Shown: in pieces, positions 24,383 through 39,300 of the stretch | Layout: each line of letters opens with the position of its first letter | Position numbering within the stretch: position 1 is the first letter of the stretch | Program-made: the position numbers and the translations under genes | The notes under the pieces: model-generated | What the model was told of the DNA's origin: nothing | The model's input: the letters and a program-made list of their open reading frames with translations, nothing else | Database searches by the model: none | DNA from: Amoebophrya sp. A120 | Lineage: Eukaryota; Protista; Dinoflagellata | Direction: 5' to 3' | Assembly: GCA_905178155.1 (NCBI GenBank) | Contig: CAJINV010000002.1 | Span: forward strand, 1,609,216 to 1,673,215 | DNA length: 64,000 bases

Positions 24383-27300
24383 TTACACCATATCTTCCAC
24401 CACGCTCTTCCCCGGCGCGACCCCCTCCCCGCCATCCGGACTCTGAAAACCCCCGGCGGGCGTTTCTCCACCGTTGGGGGAGTCTAACACTGCGAGTTGC
24501 AGATCCTGGGGGGAGATCTATCCATTTGAAAAACGTCCTCGTCCCAGACTACAAATGGGGATCTCCCAGCACAAATCAATAAGTTTTGGCTGTTGCGCAT
24601 GACAAGCTTTTTGGGTTCATGGCGTAGTTCTGTTTGAGGTAGTGGAGACGCATCACGAATCGATTACCTCATCCTGATTCCAGCATGACAAATTCCCAGA
24701 CAGCATTAGAAAGTGGCCCTTATGGTTCTGCGCATGAGAAATATTTTTAGTTATGCAGCTTTGCATTACAGCTCTGGGGAGGTGGGTACGTTTTTACTGC
24801 GGATAAGATCGGGCTTTTGTTCTCTGGATCGTGGTCACTGGAGTGGAGGTGTAGCGCACCGTTTGCTATGCCTTCATCCCCCAAATCCGCGGCGACGGAC
24901 GTTGCAGATTGGAACCGGTCTAACCGTTTTCCCGCAGTTGCGTCGTCATTCCCTGTTTCTACCTCATTCGGCTCTCCCGCTTCCCCCTCCGCCTCCGCGG
25001 AAGCGTTTTGTTTCGCAAGCATCCCCGCCGCGGCCATTATCGCTAAGAAAGACGGCTTCTTCCGGTTCCTCACCTCGTGACTGGATTCAACGCCGACACT
25101 CAGCGGGACACACATCTATCAAGAGGAAAAACGCCCCCACCCCAGAGCCAAGATGGGCATTTTGCTACACAAACGAACGATTTCTTCGTGTTGCGCATGA
25201 CAAGCTTGGGCTCGTAGAAACAAGCTTGGGCTTCTAGTGTAGTAGTACTAGAGCCGTTTAGCCTGTGTAGCCGCATTTTTACAGAGCGAGTATCGTATCC
25301 TAATTTCCGCATGACAAACTGCCAGACAACATTAGAAAATGATCTTCATGGGGCTACGCATGAGAAATCGATTTGAGGCTTGCAGATTTGCATGACAAGT
25401 TTGGGGTGGGGACATTTTTACACAGGATAACATCTGCTGACTCGGTATCACGTCGATGATTTCCCCCTCAAATTTCTTCGCTAACTCGACATCCGCAGCT
25501 TCTATCAAATGCAAATATGTCTGGGTCAGAAAATTTGTGTTGCTGATACCCGCATTGCAGCATGGCCGCTTCTACGGCATATCAGCATGAGAAGTTTTCC
25601 TCATGTCTTAGCGGATTCATTCGTGATCAGCATTACAAAGTGCCATCCAGCATGACAGAAGACGTGGCCACTGGCATTTTATGCATGACAAATCCTTGCT
25701 GTCCTTCAAATATGGCAATACAAATCATCCGGACCCAGACATATTTGCAATGCATAGCTTCTTCATCGATAGTTTCGCCGGAGAGTTGAATCCGTAGGGG
25801 GACGCCGAAGACGGGGAATTTCTCTTCCCGCTGTTTCACCTCTTCCACCATTTCCTCTAGCGACATTTTCCGCAGCAAAACCTTCTTCTTCGCCTCTTGC
25901 CACTTCTGTGCGGACTGGGAGACCTGCTGCTTTTCCACATCTTTCGCCGCTTCGGACAATTCGTTATCACTTTTTCTTGGTGTCCTCGGTGGGAGAGATC
26001 TCCTGGCGGATAATTGCGAGTACTCCTCTTTGTTGAAAGCAACGGACTCCTGTCTTGAGAACTTCTTCCTCGGTGTCCTGGCGCCAGAGCTGATTCCATC
26101 ATTGTTGTCATCCCCGGTTCCACTGTGGTTGTCGGAATTTTCGCTATCCCGGCTCATGGTCCTGGCTGTGTCGACCGGTACTATTGCGAGCGGGTTGTCA
26201 TCGTTCATCCCATCGTCGTCACTATCCCGATCCTTGTCATAATCTTTCTCCGGAGATGATGCACCACCGCCGAAGAAGGACTCGCTATGCATTGCAAATA
26301 TGTCTGGTGGTCTGGAGATTTCTCATGCCAATGTGCGAATAGCAAAAGCGTACTGCAAAATGCACAGCCAAGCAGGAGAAAGTTCTGAGCTTCTAGGGCG
26401 TCCTATTGCGAATTCAGCATGAGAAACTGCGCTTTTGCATGACAGGCAAGAGGAGCTCTTTGATGAAAGTATGCATGACAGAGCTGAGAGTCATGCCAGA
26501 CAAGCGAGGCAAATCTGGGGAAAATTCCCAGACCCAGATCGATATTTGCAATGGATAATCGGAGAGAAATGTCGACTCCCTTTGCAGCTTCTGCCCAGAA
26601 CTCCTGCCGGATTTCCTGGCGGACTTCGGGGAGAGGATTTTCTTCGCGTTTTATGCAACACAAATTTACCGAACGTTGCACAAGATGCATTACAAATTTT
26701 CCCAACCTACTCTCGTCCATTTGTCATGCCGGATGCAATAGGAGCAGAAGTTTGTCATGCAAGAATGCAATTGTACGTGTGCGGCAAATGATTTGCAGTG
26801 GATACATTCTTCCGCAGCGCTACTCGTTCTTGGAGGTGGAGTAAAGCGTTGTTCGCGTTGATTGCGACGGTTTGGTCGTGGGATTTCACCACTTTCCCCT
26901 TCAGCCACTGCTTTTCGTGATGCACTACAACCTCGTCATCGACTTCGAAGAGCCTTCTGACTTTCGTCAGTTCCACCCGCATGGTTTTTTGTTTCGGGAC
27001 TTTCACATCGGGATGTAAAACCTCCTCCGACACGGTGACAATGTACTCCGCACCTCTGCTATCCAAGGAAAAAACTGTGTAAATGTAACTTTCTTGGAGG
27101 AATACTAGCATCACAAGTTTGCTCTGCATGACACAGAAAACCTGTCATGCGTAGCTAGTACGTGAGATGAACACGTGCGAAAAGTACAGAGCCTCTGACG
27201 GTGCAGATCCAACATGACAAGTGTAAACAGTTTTGCATTTTCTGCATCACAGACTTACACTCACATTCGTTTTGTTCTTGCATATCTACCCTTCGCGTTT

Positions 27301-30300
27301 ACCCTTTCCTTCACGAAGACCGGACCTAGCCAGCCAACCTATCAAATGCAAAAGTGTCTGGGTCTGGAACAAAGCAAGTTGTCATGCTAAATCTGAATCC
27401 TGTAGCAATCTGTGTTGCATGATTACCAAAAGCTGCCCACTTTTGACCTAATCGAAAGGCAGTTTCTCATGCTGGATAGGCATGATAGAACTCTCCCAGA
27501 ATCTGTCATGCTATGTCCTACATACCAGACCTCATGGGTCATGAAAAACCTGCATGACAAGTCTGGCATTCTTCCAGACCCAGACACTTTTGCAATCCAT
27601 ACAACCTGGTCGCCCACGAAAATTTCGCAGCGCTCGTTTTCTCGAAGGGCAATACGAAGCATGGCGAAGGGAACCTAGGTACAATTGGCAATCCGGATTT
27701 TTTGTGATGCAGCTTCGGAAATTGGAATGTGAAAGAATGTTTTTGTCTCATGCAAGAAAAGCCCAAAAGTGTAAAAATGCAAAAAAAAAACAAATTCTAT
27801 ACATTGCTCCTCGTCTGCCTCGCTGCACTCAACCTGGCTGATAACACCACCGAGCAAGTCCCCGTTTTGCTGTCGTGTGCGGTGATTTTCGCGGGGAGGA
27901 ACAAACTGTAGGTTGTCGAATAGTACTCCAGATTTTCTCCGATCTTCAGACACGCCGGTGGTTCGGGGTATTTCACCACGATTTCCTCAATCGATTTCAT
28001 CTCTGCGTCGATATCCATCGTCACTTATGACAATGCACAACCCCCCCTCGTTCTCATTTCTCATGCAAAATGCGTAATTTACGCTTTCGCTCCTGTCACT
28101 ATTACGCATGACAAGTTCTGGCGGCCCAAATAGCACTGCACTCCTGTCCAAATTTGCCATGCAAAACATGTATTCTTGCTGCACTTGTATTGCTGTTCGC
28201 GCAATAGAAATGAGGGAGAGGGGGAGTTGTGCACTTTCATATCGCTTGCTTCAACCTTGACGTGTCCAGAATCGCGCCCTCATCCGGAATGTCGGCATCC
28301 ATGGACTCCATGGAGAAGAACCTCTCCGGCGGCTTCGCTTCCCCCTCCGCCTGCACCGGTGCGCCGACGACCTCCTCCCCTATTGTGAGGAAAAATCCCT
28401 CCGCGTCCCCATATCTGTGATGCTGATTTGTGAGCACAAATCAGCTCTGTCTTGCGTACAAGGCAAATAACGGCACCCATGTGGCGCATTGTGCAGCCAG
28501 TCTGTCATGCGTTTTTGCCTATGTCAGACTTGTTTCTCATGCGCAGCTGCTAGCCGGATAACCAAATGGGCTTAGAATATGCCGACAAGCTCTTGCTGCA
28601 ATACACAGAGCATTTGTGTGCACAAATCCAGCAACACAAATTGTCTTTTGGCTATGGGGTGGCGGTTTTTTTCACTTTGATATCCGCGCCGTCCTCCTCT
28701 TTCAGTTTTTCGTCTTTATCGAACACAAACCCTTCCGCAATCATAAACTGCTGTACATCCTCTCCGTGCCAGATGATCTTTTGCTTCCCCGTTTCCTGTA
28801 TCAAATGCAAAAATGTCTGGGTCTGGAAGATTCCGGGATTTGTCATGCTAGTCCGGCATGACTCTGAGCTCTGTATTGCATGGCCGCAAAGGGCTTCTCT
28901 TGCCTGTCATGCAAAAACGCAGTTTCTCATGCGGAGTACGCAACACTGAACCACGGAAAGCCTTGTCATGCTTGGCAGTGCATTACAGTATGCGCATTTT
29001 TCCCTGACTTGCATCACAAGTTTCCACACCCAGACATTTTTACAGTTGATATCCTGATCCCGGCCTTTGCTCCAGCGCATCTTGCTCTTACCGTCTTTCG
29101 CGAGGCCCTTGATGTTGCCGCCCTTCGGGGTCTTGCAACCGCAATACATGTAGGTGGTGAACGCGGTGGAGATGGCACCTGATTTATTTTGCGGTGGTTT
29201 TTGGTTTTATTTTAGCATCACAAATCGAAACTGTGAATCGGAATAAATTCAGCATGATAACAAAGCAAGTTTCAAGTGAAAAGAGCTTGCCCTGCAATTA
29301 AAGTGGTACTATGCAATTAAAAGCAATCGTAAAAAGTAAAAAAAAATACCGAATATCGCGAGCATCATCAGTGTCTGCCACGCGCAGCCGTATTCCGCCG
29401 TCATTGGACACAATATGGTCGCAACACACCCACCCCACTCGACACAGTCGTCTTCTAGTTTCAACCTCCAAATTTCGTTGAACGGACAGGGCTCTGTATT
29501 CCCGCTTTCGACGCTCTGGTCACAGTAAAATTCCCGCTCTTTCGTCCCCTCTCCGCACTGGTTGCTGCAGGCTTTCCAAGGTTTGAATCTCCATTCATTC
29601 ACTTCCACAACGACGTTCTCGCGAATCGCGAACGAGATCATCTGCGCAAATCCGGTGATACAGCTCGCGATGGTGGCCGCAGTGCAGCCCAAGCTGGTGC
29701 TCACCGCGCTGGTCAATCGTGCAGCCAGGGCGGGGCCGCTCGCCGCGGCTTCTACCTGTGCGACGACAGAAGCGGCATTCGTGCCGCTCGCTCGGTATTC
29801 GTAGTTGTAACCAGTTGTGACGGAGGTGGAAAGTTGACGCTTTTCTGCTACTTCTTGCGCCGCTTCTGGGTAAGCACTTGTGCTGCTGTCACCTGCTGCT
29901 ACCAGTGCACCAGCTGCTTCGTATTCGTCTATTTTTTCTTTGAGAACAACAGAGTTAGTCTTTCGAGTCCTTGCAGCCAGATTTTTCCGTGCTTTTTCCG
30001 CTCTGTCCCTGTCTTCCTTCCTGCCTGTGATCGCGGGTGCCATAAGTTTGTAATTCTCCTCAAATTTCTGCTGCTTCTCCGCATCGTCTTCGTGCATTGT
30101 CAATCTTCTCCTTGCGGTTAATCCAGTTCCCCCTGCGTAGTTTAACGCACAGACGACTCCTATCAAAAGGAAAAATTCCCCCACCCCATATCGAAAACGA
30201 AATTTGCGATGCTGTATTTGAGTACACAAATCGACTTGTAATGCTAGAAGGCCACGAGCCGCAGTCCTGGCCTCGTTTGCAGGCAATTTGTCAACATGCT

Positions 30301-33300
30301 GCTCTCCACCTCCAGCTGCCTCCTGTCATGCTGAAGATGCAAGGCTTTCCCACGCCACGCAGCACTACAGTCCACATCTTTTCCCTTCTAGCATGACAGA
30401 GCTGATTTGTGGCCACAAATCTGCATCACAGATTTCCGCTTTGATATGGGGAGGGGGGATTTTTCCTTTTGATAACTCCCTTATCGTCTCCTAAATCAAT
30501 AGTCCCGATGTACACGTAGGACTCCGCGGTGACTTCCCGGGAGCCAGTAGCGCCCTCGATTAAATCCCCCTGTACAGTATCTGCGTTTTCTAAGCTGTAG
30601 AAGCAGACGGTTAATTCACCCTCCGTGTGCGTCCTCGTATCAAAAGGAAAAATCCCCCCTCCCCATACCAAAAAGGGGCACTTTTGAAAATTTGCGATGC
30701 TGATTTGTGGACGCAAATCGTCTCTGTATTGCAAGAAGGCCAATCCAGCGACTCCGCTGCATTATGCAGGCGGTTTGTGATGCTATGGGGACTACAGAGT
30801 GCACATTTGCCATGCTACGCACCTACGTCAAAACCGTTCTACCTCAGCTTGGCATGGGCATGCAGCTCTCTACTGCAAGACAGATCTGATTTGTGTACGC
30901 AAATCCAGCATCAGAAACTTCCTTTTGATATGGGGAGGGGGGATTTTTCCTCTTGATACCTCGTCGTGGTCAATCTGTCCATGCCGAGCAGTTGCTCGGG
31001 TGTGCCGATTATCAAGTGCAAAAGTGTCTGGGTCTGGAAGATTGCCAGGTTTGTCATGCATATTTTGCATGACCCATAATGTCTGTAATGCATGCCCTAG
31101 CATCACAGATTTTTAGAGGGCTTACTATTGCCTATTCCGCATGAGAAATGCCCTCTCCGCGTAGCACGAACTGGAGTCCTCTTTCTGGTCATGCAATACA
31201 AATTTTTTTTGAATCCAGAGACAGCATCACAAGTTTAGAATCTTCCAGACCCAGACATATTTGCATTTGATACCGATCACAATCGCGGGTACATCCGGAT
31301 TCTCTTCAGTCCCCCTTGCAGCTAACGCGGCTAGTGTCGAGCTGTCCAAAGCCATGCCGACGGAAAGAGCGACGACGGAAACCGTGCTGGTCCGAATCAC
31401 TTCTCCCTCTTCCGCAATCTTTTTACACGCGGGAAACTGGTTCCTTTCTCGGATAGAAAGGAACGGCAACGTTGTTGTGGTCGTGGTGGTTTCTGCGACT
31501 GCTGCTGTATCAACAGGGGGCGTTGTGACGGTGTCATCAACAGTAGTTGTTTCAGTACTATCTCCCTCGCCCTCAGTAGAAGTTGTTGTTCCTTCACCCT
31601 CAGTCTGGAGTTGCCTCCTAACCACTGTTCCGGCCGTCGTGGTTGTCGTTGCCGTCGCGGTTGCAAACGCCTTCTGGAACCGAGCCGCGGGAGAGGATAA
31701 TAGCCTATCGACCATCAAAGGACTCATCCAGACCCCATCGTAGCAAATCCTAGTTACTTGGGAGAGTTTCCAGCCTGGGTAATCCCAGAGGGTTGTCGTG
31801 GTTGTGATCGTGCTATCGGCTGCTAGAATTTCCGGATCCATGGTTGTTGTAGTAGTCGCGGTCCTCACTCCGTAGTTGTTCTGCGTTGCGCTACCGACTA
31901 ACTCCTATCAAGTGCAAAAGTGTCTGGGTCTGGAAGAATGCAAGATTTGTCATGCATATTTCTCATGACCCATGATACCTGCAATGCATGCCCTAGCATC
32001 ACAGGTTTTTTGAGGGATTCTTGATGCCCATTCCGCATGACAAATGCCCTCTCCGCGTAGCAAAAATTAGATTCCTTTTGCTGCTCATGCAACACAAATT
32101 TTTTAGACATCGAAACGCAGCATCACAAGTTGCATTCTTCCAGACCCAAACATTTTTACATTTGATAACTCCATCACCTTCGCAATTTCAGCCGGGTCTG
32201 ACGTCATCTCGTAATCTATCAAGTGCAAAAATGGCTGGGTCTGGGACAGTCGGGGCTTGTCATGCACATTTTGCATGACCCGTGAGGTCTGTGATGCTGG
32301 TGCTAGCATCACATATTTTTTGAGAGCTTCTTGATGCTACTTACGCATGAGAAATGCCCTCTCCGCGTGCCAAGAACTGACCCCTCTTGCTGCTCATGCA
32401 ACACAGTTATTTTTAGAATCCGCAGACAGCACTACAAGTTCCGCTATTCCAGACCCAGACCTTTTTGCAATCCATATAATCACGGTAAATGTCATTTCCG
32501 GCTTCATCCACCTGGCCAGACGCCACTAACGGACAGGCGAGGGAAACCATCGTACCAGTGGGAACGGTCGTCGCGGTTAGCGCGGTGGCGCGGTCGGAAT
32601 ACTGTAGTGGCCGTAACGCCAAGTCCGTGATTGGCTTGGTCGGACAGCCAGCGGCGGCGACGCACTGGGGAAGAGGGGCTGTTGGATCTGAGCTCTCTGT
32701 GGAGAGCTTTCGGGTGTTGGAAGATTTGTGTTGCTGCAGATGCCGTAACAACGATTTTGGTTTTGGTTTGGTACTCCTGCTTTCGGAGCCAGAGGAGGAT
32801 GCTGATGAGGAAAACGCGCTCGGCTTCGGAATGTTGTTGAGTTGTTGCTGCGTATTAGCGCTGTCACTCTCGTGTTCCTGCTGCTCTCCCGCAGCAGCAA
32901 TTTCTCCACCTTTGCTGCTCTTATTGTTCACCCGTTCCTGCTTAGTCGGTGACAGTTTCCTTCTTTCCTCCCGCTCCTTCTTCTGCTCTAACTGCCTTTC
33001 CCTTCTACTTCTGAAAGAAATTCCACTACTCCCACTACTCCCCGAAGAACCCACCCAGCCAGTCGCGAACGATTGCACCCACTCCGGGTACCACTCGCCG
33101 TCGACGCATCTCGCTTCGTGGAAAACATTCGCGGGCGAGGTGTTCGGGACTTCGCAGGCGAAGGTGACCGCTTCTGTCGTCGCCGCTAACCCGATGATCC
33201 TCGGGTCATCGGAAACAGGATGCTCTTCCCAGGTTGAGTATGAAAGTGCACAACTCCCCCTCCCTCTCATCTGTATAATTGCATGAACAGCAATACAAGC

Positions 33301-36300
33301 GTCAGCAAGAACACAGGTTTCGCATGACAAATTTGGACAGGCGTGTGGTGCTATTTGGAATGCCAAAACTTGTCATGCAAACAGTGCCAAGAGCCAAGGC
33401 GCAAATTAGGCACTTTGCATGACAAATGAGGGGGAGGGGGAGTTGTGCACTTTCATATCGACACAGTATCACTCAAAGACGGATGGTCGTAGTTGTCGTA
33501 CAGTTGGGGGTAGTGGTAATATTGATTTTGTAAGTGCTCCGGCTGGACGAATAGATTCTCCGCCGCTGCTTGCGCTGTGATTGTGGCTGCGTTATCCTTT
33601 GCTAAAACGGTTAAATGTGGCGGGCCTAGTAGTGGTAAAAAGTTTTGTCTTTCAGCAGTCGACGTGATTGCACCACCGGACCTACTCCCAAACGCGTTCC
33701 GCATGCTTGGATGTGGAAACGACCACCGGGATTCGATGTGCACGTTGTAGGTTGAGGACAACGAGTCTTCATCGAGGGATAGACACGCAAACGGCTCGCA
33801 CCCGTAGCCCGTGAAAGCGATTTGCTTGTCCTGCGGGGACTGCATCGGCCTGTTGTAACCGCTTCCGAGGTTGTTGTTCGGTACGGACCTGGGTAAGGGG
33901 CACATGAACCCGTTTTGCCGCTGCAGCATCAGGAGAGTTGACTGCTCTATCTGCAGTTCTCTTTGCCGCACGACGCTGGTAGATTCGGATTCACCTTCAC
34001 CTCCATCTGGGCTCGACGTACCGGCCTCTGTCAACAGCCCAGAACCATAGTCCGAAACATCCATGGGCTGGTAATTTGCGATGCACATCACATCGCAGAA
34101 AGTCCCCGCGAGAACACCGAAATGTCCGCCGTAGGACTTCAACAAACACTGGTTGAACCCAACATCATATCTCGGATTTGTCAGCGTCGCCCGCACCCTT
34201 CCCGGAATCATGCTCGCGAGATTATCCGCACCGCGGTGATTCGGCGAATACGATTCCGCGTTTTCGCCAGAAAACAAAGCTAAATTCGAGTAATCCGAGA
34301 CAATCCTCGAAGAACTCGTCGCGGTCAAAGCGGGTGTGATTGCGTAGCCGCGTTTCGCCAATGGTGGGCAGGTTGGTAACTCGTAGAACGGCCGATAACG
34401 GAGAGAAAAGTAGTTGAAGATGAAGTCAGACACCACCTCATTCCCGTCCGCAGCGAAGTCCCAGTTTTTGCTATTGTCGTGAATGTAGTACTCTGGGTAA
34501 TGCTCGAGGAACACCTCCCCGGGTGATTTGACTTTGAAAACGTTCGTCACAGAGTCGGACCAAGCGTCAGGGGAAACTGGTGGGTTGGCGGCGATGTAGG
34601 TGTCTAATGCGGTTTTTAACCGTTGGACCAATATGGAAGCGTCAGGATCGAAATCGACAAAGTTGAAAAAATTGTCATGCATACAACGCAACAAGGCACG
34701 AAGTGCCGGTCTTGCGGGGATGGCAAGAGAGGCCAACTGTAAGCCTGTTTGCGGTTTGAGATAGAGCTGCTGAAGTAGCATGACAAAAGCGGAGGTCCTC
34801 TGTGCCTAAACAGCATGACAAATTGGCTTTCGATGCTGCAAAAATTTGTCATGCACCGCTTGAAAACTGGGCTCCAACTTGTATCCATTTTATGCATTAC
34901 AAATCATTTCGACTTTGTCGATTTCGGTTCTGACACTCCCATAACCAACACCCTTTCATTGTTCACCGTGCTGATTATGTCCATGCCCTCCTGCTGGCTT
35001 GTCATCACGTTCTGCACGATGTCGTCAAGCGAATAGTATTTCAGCGTTTCGGCTAACCCCTTGTCTTTGTAAAGCATGTTCCGCAACACTTCGTGTAGGT
35101 CGAAGCTATTGCCCATCGGATCTTTATCGTACGAAAGAAGTGTCTCACTGTACGGATTTTGCAAGTGTTGCATGACAAGTTTGTTTTGCATGACAGAGAA
35201 AACTTGCCATGCGAGGTCCCTAAGGGAAAGCACAGCTAAAAATCGACTGTCTCGCATTTGTAGCAAGACAAACACTTCTGAGATGCATTTTGTGCATTAC
35301 AAGTGTACAGTGAAACAGGTTTTTCCTGCGATAGTCTTTATTGTACCCCACATCCAGCACATCGAGCATCTTCGTGTTGTCCGGTTCTTCCGCATATCAA
35401 ATGCAAATATGTCTGGGTCTGGAGGGTTGCAAGACTTGTCATGCAGATTTTCCATGACCCACACTGCCAGTAATGCATGACGTAGCATCACAGATTTTCA
35501 GACGGCTTCCTGATGCCTAATCCGCACGAGATATGGCCTCTCCGCATAGCACAGACTGGATTCCTTTTGCTGGTCATGCAATACAGATTTTTTTAGAATC
35601 CAGAGATAGCATCACAAGTTGCAACCTTCCAGACGCAGACATATTTGCAATGCATACCGCAGAATGCACCCCCGATTGGTCGAAGATCATCGGGTTCAAA
35701 GTTTTCGGCCGGACTAGTTGGAAGCACCTTCTATCAGTCGGACAGGGACTCAACCCCAGCTCCGATCCGCAGGGTTGCGCGCCGATGTTATTCCCCTGGT
35801 TGTCGTTCCTTTCAAAACTGCCGATTAAAAGTAGTCTGTACTGCTTCGATGGACCGCTGCCGACGATTTCGTAACCACCGCAGAAGGATTGTCGCATGCA
35901 GAAATCCCTTACACAGGCTTTCGTGCCGCTATCCGTATCCAAAAACCCGGCTTGCTGCTTCGCCGACACGTGTAAACAGTAGTGATTCGGGTGCAGAAAG
36001 CCGCTACCGGAATCGGAGCCGAAGCCGAACGAGGAAGAGAGTTGTCTCCTACTTCTTGGTGGTATTAACTGCAAATATGTAGTCTGGAGGGTCTGGTGCC
36101 CAGATTTTTCTGAGACTTGTCATGCACGTTTCATCGCATGAGCCATGATCGATCTGTGACGCATGCCGTAGCATCACAGATTTTCTGCGGGGTTCGGGGT
36201 TTTTGATGCCTATTCCGCACGACAAATGGGCCCCTCGCCGCGTAGCAAAAATAACACTCGTCCCTTTGCTGCTCATACAATACAAATTTTTGTGAACCGC

Positions 36301-39300
36301 CCAAATGCAGCATGACAAGTTGCATTCTTCCAGACCCAGATATATTTGCATTTGATAGGATTTGGATCCGAAGTCGTGCTGGTAGTCGTGCTAGTCGTGT
36401 CTGGCGGACTGTTATAAAAATGAAAAATCCCCCCTCCCCATATCAAAGCGGAAATCTGTGATGCGGGATTTGTGTACACAAATCACACTTGTCTTGCAGG
36501 AAAGCACTGCACGCAGATCGCAAGCCTAAGCAGGGGCCTTTTGGTGTAGGGGCCTAGCATGGCAGACATCTGCCCTGTAGGCCTTGCAGCATTACACACC
36601 GCTTGCATATGGAGGCGGAGTCTCTGGATTTGCCTTCTGGCAAGACAGACAGGATTTGTGGTCACAAATTTGCATCACAAATTTTCGGAAGGACGTGTTT
36701 TCAATATGGGAAGGGGGGATTTTTCCCTGCAATAACTGTTACTAGGGTTGCTGGGATCATAGGATTATGCATGACAAAAGTATCGCACTCGGAGTAATGG
36801 ATTACAAATCTTTTTATTGAGGTAATCGTAATATCGCATTACAAATTCCATTTCTCATGCCGCTGAAATTTGTAATGCAGTTACTACCAGTACGATACTT
36901 TTGCAGTGCATAAAGTTGTGCTGGTTGTACCACTTCCGCTACCCGGATCCATCGTGGTAGATATCCTGTGTAAAAACGTCCCCACCCCATAGTTGTCATT
37001 CAAATTTGCATGCTGGAAATGTTTCTCATGCGGAGCCCCATGAGAAGTATTTTGTAGCCGTGTTTTGCAATTTGTAATGCTCCAATCAGAATGATATGCT
37101 GGATCTGTGACGCTTCTGACCAAGTCAAACAGGATTACACTACGAGGCCAAACTTATGACGCGCAACAGCCAAACCTGGCTGATTTGTCTAGCAGATTCC
37201 CCATCTTGAGTCTGGGGTGTTTTATGTACTGGAAAAGACCAAAATTAAAGCACAGAGAAGTTTCATCTTGACTCTGGGGTGGGGACGCTTTTACACAGGA
37301 TAGTAGAATTAGTTTCAGTACTGCTGCTCACCGACGGATCGGTACACGGCGGCTGACCCCTCGCGGGAGAATCCACAGACCCGCAAAGCGTCTGCACATT
37401 GCTGCAATCCACATCCAAATACCGAATCGTTTTGATTTGACTCTGCTGGTTGTTTGTCGTGTGGCTGTAGGTCATCGGCGCTTTAAAAACCCGGAAATAC
37501 GCGGCTCTGGATTGTAGATGACCGAAGAGCAAATTCAACTTCGGATACACATCATGCGAAAGCCCTTCCACGTAGTTTTTCAAAACCGGGTTCGGGAGGT
37601 TCTGGTAGTGCTGCTCCAGTCCGGTAATACTCAATCGGATCGAGTTGTCCTCCGTATCGTGGAATTCCACCGTAGGCTCGTGGTTCAAATTGCTGTTCTG
37701 GCCCTGCTGGTAGTACGGCGGCTGGGAGGATTGTTGTTGTTGTTGTGTAAGCGATCTGGTCCTTTTTGCTGGCAAGGACGTCGAAGTGGAAGTTGACACA
37801 ACATTACCGGTCGCAGTGGAAGATGAAACAACATGGCTCTGCGGTTGAACAACTTCTTCCACAATCTCTGGCAGATCACCGCTATCCACCAGCCCGCGCC
37901 GGTGGTCTTCCAACTCGGATAATTTATCCACGCCTTGGTTCAAGGCTACGCCCAGACGCAAAGCGTCTTCGACTGGAGCATTGTCCTCTTGTTCTTCAGG
38001 GAGGACCAATGCGCCACTCCCGTCCGTGCCCGTGGCAAGGACTGGGTTATTCTTTTTCTCTTCCTGCTTCTTCGCCTCCTCGTCCAAGCGCCTGTTTCCA
38101 TACACAGTCTTTCTTCGACATTCTACCGTGGAAGAGAGACCGCCGGAACTTATGGATTGCAAATAAGTATGTCTGGGCCTGGAATAATGCTGTCTGCGGA
38201 TTCTAGAATAAATATCTGTGTTGCATGAGCAGCAAGAGGAGCCAGTTCTTGGCACGCGGAGAGGGCATTTCTCATGCGCGATTAGCATCAAGAAGTTCTC
38301 GAAAAATCTGTGATGCTAGCACCAGGACCAGCATCACAGACCTCACGGGTGGTCATCCATGCAGAATGTTGTGCATGACAAGCCCCGAGGACTCTTCCAG
38401 ACCCAGACATTAATTTTTGCAGTTAGTAGAAGTGCTGTGCTTCCTGATCTCCCAGGCCCGGGCCGTCGACGTGCAGGTTGTGGTGAAGGTGAATCCGTTG
38501 TTTTCGTTGTGGGAAGTAAAGTATTGAGAGGAAAAATCCCCCCTCCCCATATCGAAAAGGTATGTTTCCGAAAATTTGTCTTGCTGATTTGAGACCCCAA
38601 ATCAAGTCTGTCTTGCAAGAAGACAACGCCGCAGGCTCTGCCGCACTATGCAGGCGGTTTGTCATGCTGTTGGGCCTACAGCATAGACGTTTCTCATTCT
38701 AAGCGCCTAGGCCAAAAGCTCTCTACTCAGGCTTGGCAGGAGCCTGCAGTCCTCGCCAGCAAGACAGATCTGATTTGGGTACGCAAATCCAGCATCAGAA
38801 ACTTCGTTTTGATATGGGGAGGGGGGATTTTTCCTTTTGATATAAAGGTTTGGTCCCAGTCGTCCACTCGTAGGTACTCGCCCGTGTTTATCCCCCAGAA
38901 AAAGACCGACAGGTCATATTTGTAATGCCAAAATAAATAGACAAAAAAATCTGTATTGCATGCCCTAAACAGGATGTTATGGCCTCGCCCATGACAGATT
39001 TTCCTGTGTATTTATTTTTGCATTACAAATATGACCTGTCGGTCTTTTTCTGTGGGATAGTGTTGATTATGGATTGCAAAAGTTGGAGATCGCACTCATG
39101 AATTGCATTGCAAGTTTCACTCTCAAGAGAGCTACAAAAAAGGGAGTTTGTCATGCTGGAAAAGGAAGACAAAATTTATTTTTGTCATGCAAATACTTAT
39201 ATCGATTGCAATTCTGTTCATGTAGGTGCGATGCAACTTTATTTCCCAGTGGTTACTAACGTGCTTGATGCAGATCTTGTTCCCCCCCAGAGGACTGGGC

